Source: Mobula hypostoma (lineage: Eukaryota). From it: a stretch of 64,000 nt of DNA. Of this stretch, positions 62,631 to 64,000 are shown piece after piece. The translations under genes and the position numbers were made by a program. The DNA lies in NCBI RefSeq assembly GCF_963921235.1, contig NC_086097.1, positions 244,964,001 through 245,028,000 on the forward strand, read 5' to 3'. The first letter of the stretch is position 1; every line of letters begins with the position of its first letter. Below the pieces are notes generated by a model. The model saw only the letters and a list, made by a program, of their open reading frames with translations, searched no databases and was not told the DNA's origin.

Positions 62631-63560
62631 AAGAAGATAACAATTATTCAGTCTAATCCAACATTCCCCTCTTTGATTCTAAATCACACATTTAGAATCA
62701 TTACATCTAAACATTCAGAGGCAGAAAACTACATTAAGTACAAAATAATCAAAAACTACCAAAGTTATGGAAATATCAAAGAGTATATTTTCTCATAGGA
62801 AACAGGATTATATCATGATTAGGCGATTAGTAAGCCTCCTTTTCTGCTGCAGTGAGTCCTCTCTCAGGGTGGAGGAACAGCGCCTCATATTCCATCCAGG
62901 TAGCCTTCAACCCAATGCCGTGAGCATTGATTTCTCCTTCTGGTAATTTTTTAAATGTTCTCTTTTTTTCTTTTTCCCTCCCCCTTCCCTCTTTTTCTAA
63001 TCCCCACTCAGGCCTCTTACCTCTTCTCCTCACCTGCCTATCACCTCCACCTGCTGCCCCTCCTTCTTCCCTTTTGCCCATGGCCCACTCTCCTCTCCTT
63101 CTTCTCCAGCCATTTATCTTTCCCCCAACCTGCCCTCACCTATCACCCGCTAGCTTGTCCTCTTTCTCCCTTCCGCCATCTTTTTATTCAGGCATCTTCC
63201 CCATTCCTTTGCAGTCCTGATGAAGAGCCTTGGCCTGAAATGTTGACTGTTTATTTCTCTCCATATAGGATACCTGACCTGCTGAATTCCTCCAGCATTT
63301 TGTTTGTGCTGCTCTGGATTTTCAGCATCTGCAGAATTTCTTGTGTTTGAAATTAGCAGGTATACTTACATGAGTTTGAACTACTCTATTAATGATCAGT
63401 CTTATACATGTAAAAAAGATGTAAATTATGATAAGACATATCAGGAGAAATATTATAACTTGTAATAGTGAGTAAACCCAGCTTCCTAGATTTAAATGAA
63501 TCCAATCAAAGAAACTGGCAAAATATGACAACAACTGATATTAGAATAAACTTCATAATC
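62630..63560 (-). mobile_element. Possible endogenous retrovirus remnant (env TM end, PPT, start of 3' LTR), split by a Penelope fragment at about 62835-63348
   Basis: FFDWIHLNLGSWVYSLLQVIIFLLICLIIIYIFFTCIRLIINRV at 63350-63534(-). AAAGAGGGGAA|TGTTGG at 62674-62658(-). Confidence 0.45.
62835..63348 (+). mobile_element. Older Penelope 3' end with HHR-like motif at about 63213-63249
   Basis: GIY-YIG end (RVEEQRLIF), pyrimidine-rich UTR, CTGATGA...GAAATGTT and tail. Confidence 0.75.
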
Positions 63561-63562
63561 TC

Positions 63563-64000
63563 CACCCACAACACGCTGGAGGAACTCAGCAGGTCGGGCA
63601 GCGTCCGTGGAAACAATCAGTCAATGTTTCGGGCCGGAACCCTTAGTCAGGACTGTAGGGGGAAGGGGCAGAGGCCCTATAAAGAAGGTGGGGGGGAGGG
63701 TGGGAAGGAGAAGGCTGGTAGGTTCCAGGTGAAAAACCAGTAAAGGGAAAGATAAAGGGGTGGGGGAGGGGAGGCAGGGAGGTGATAGGCGGGAAAGGTG
63801 AAGAAGGAATAGGGGAAATCACAATGGGTAGTAGAAGGAGGCAGAACCATGGGGGAGGAGATAGGCAGCTGGGGGAGGGGGCAGAGTGAAATAGGAATAG
63901 AGGAAGGGAGGGGAAGGGAATTACCAGAAGTTGGAGAATTCTATGTTCATACCAAGGGGCTGGGGACTACCTAGACGGTATATGAGGTGTTGCTCCTCCA
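63563..64000 (-). mobile_element. Penelope 3' end (second subfamily), running off the window
   Basis: Near-identical to 29600-30020. Confidence 0.88.

Overview
This is eukaryotic, transposon-rich vertebrate DNA. The repeat families (V-SINE/HE1-like SINEs, abundant CR1, Rex1-type and Penelope elements) suggest a cartilaginous fish, but that is an inference. The only host protein-coding sequence I can support is the last five exons of a CLASP gene on the + strand (most likely CLASP2, 4379-32018), followed by an almost TE-free 3' UTR. A CpG-rich probable promoter/first exon of a further gene lies at about 51.65-53 kb. Nearly all long ORFs in the supplied track are TE fragments: CR1, Rex1/Babar-like, HERO-like RLE, Penelope GIY-YIG, hAT, Tigger, Tc1, Gypsy/chromovirus and a possible ERV env remnant. 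The most striking system is a set of Penelope-like elements whose terminal repeats carry minimal type-I hammerhead ribozyme motifs. About 15 copies are present, several intact and in sense orientation within CLASP introns. They insert as TSD-flanked fold-back structures ranging from about 190-220 bp pure hairpins to a 1.9 kb element with about 790 bp arms, and the best-preserved copies share fixed termini. All family names come from recalled motifs, not from database searches.
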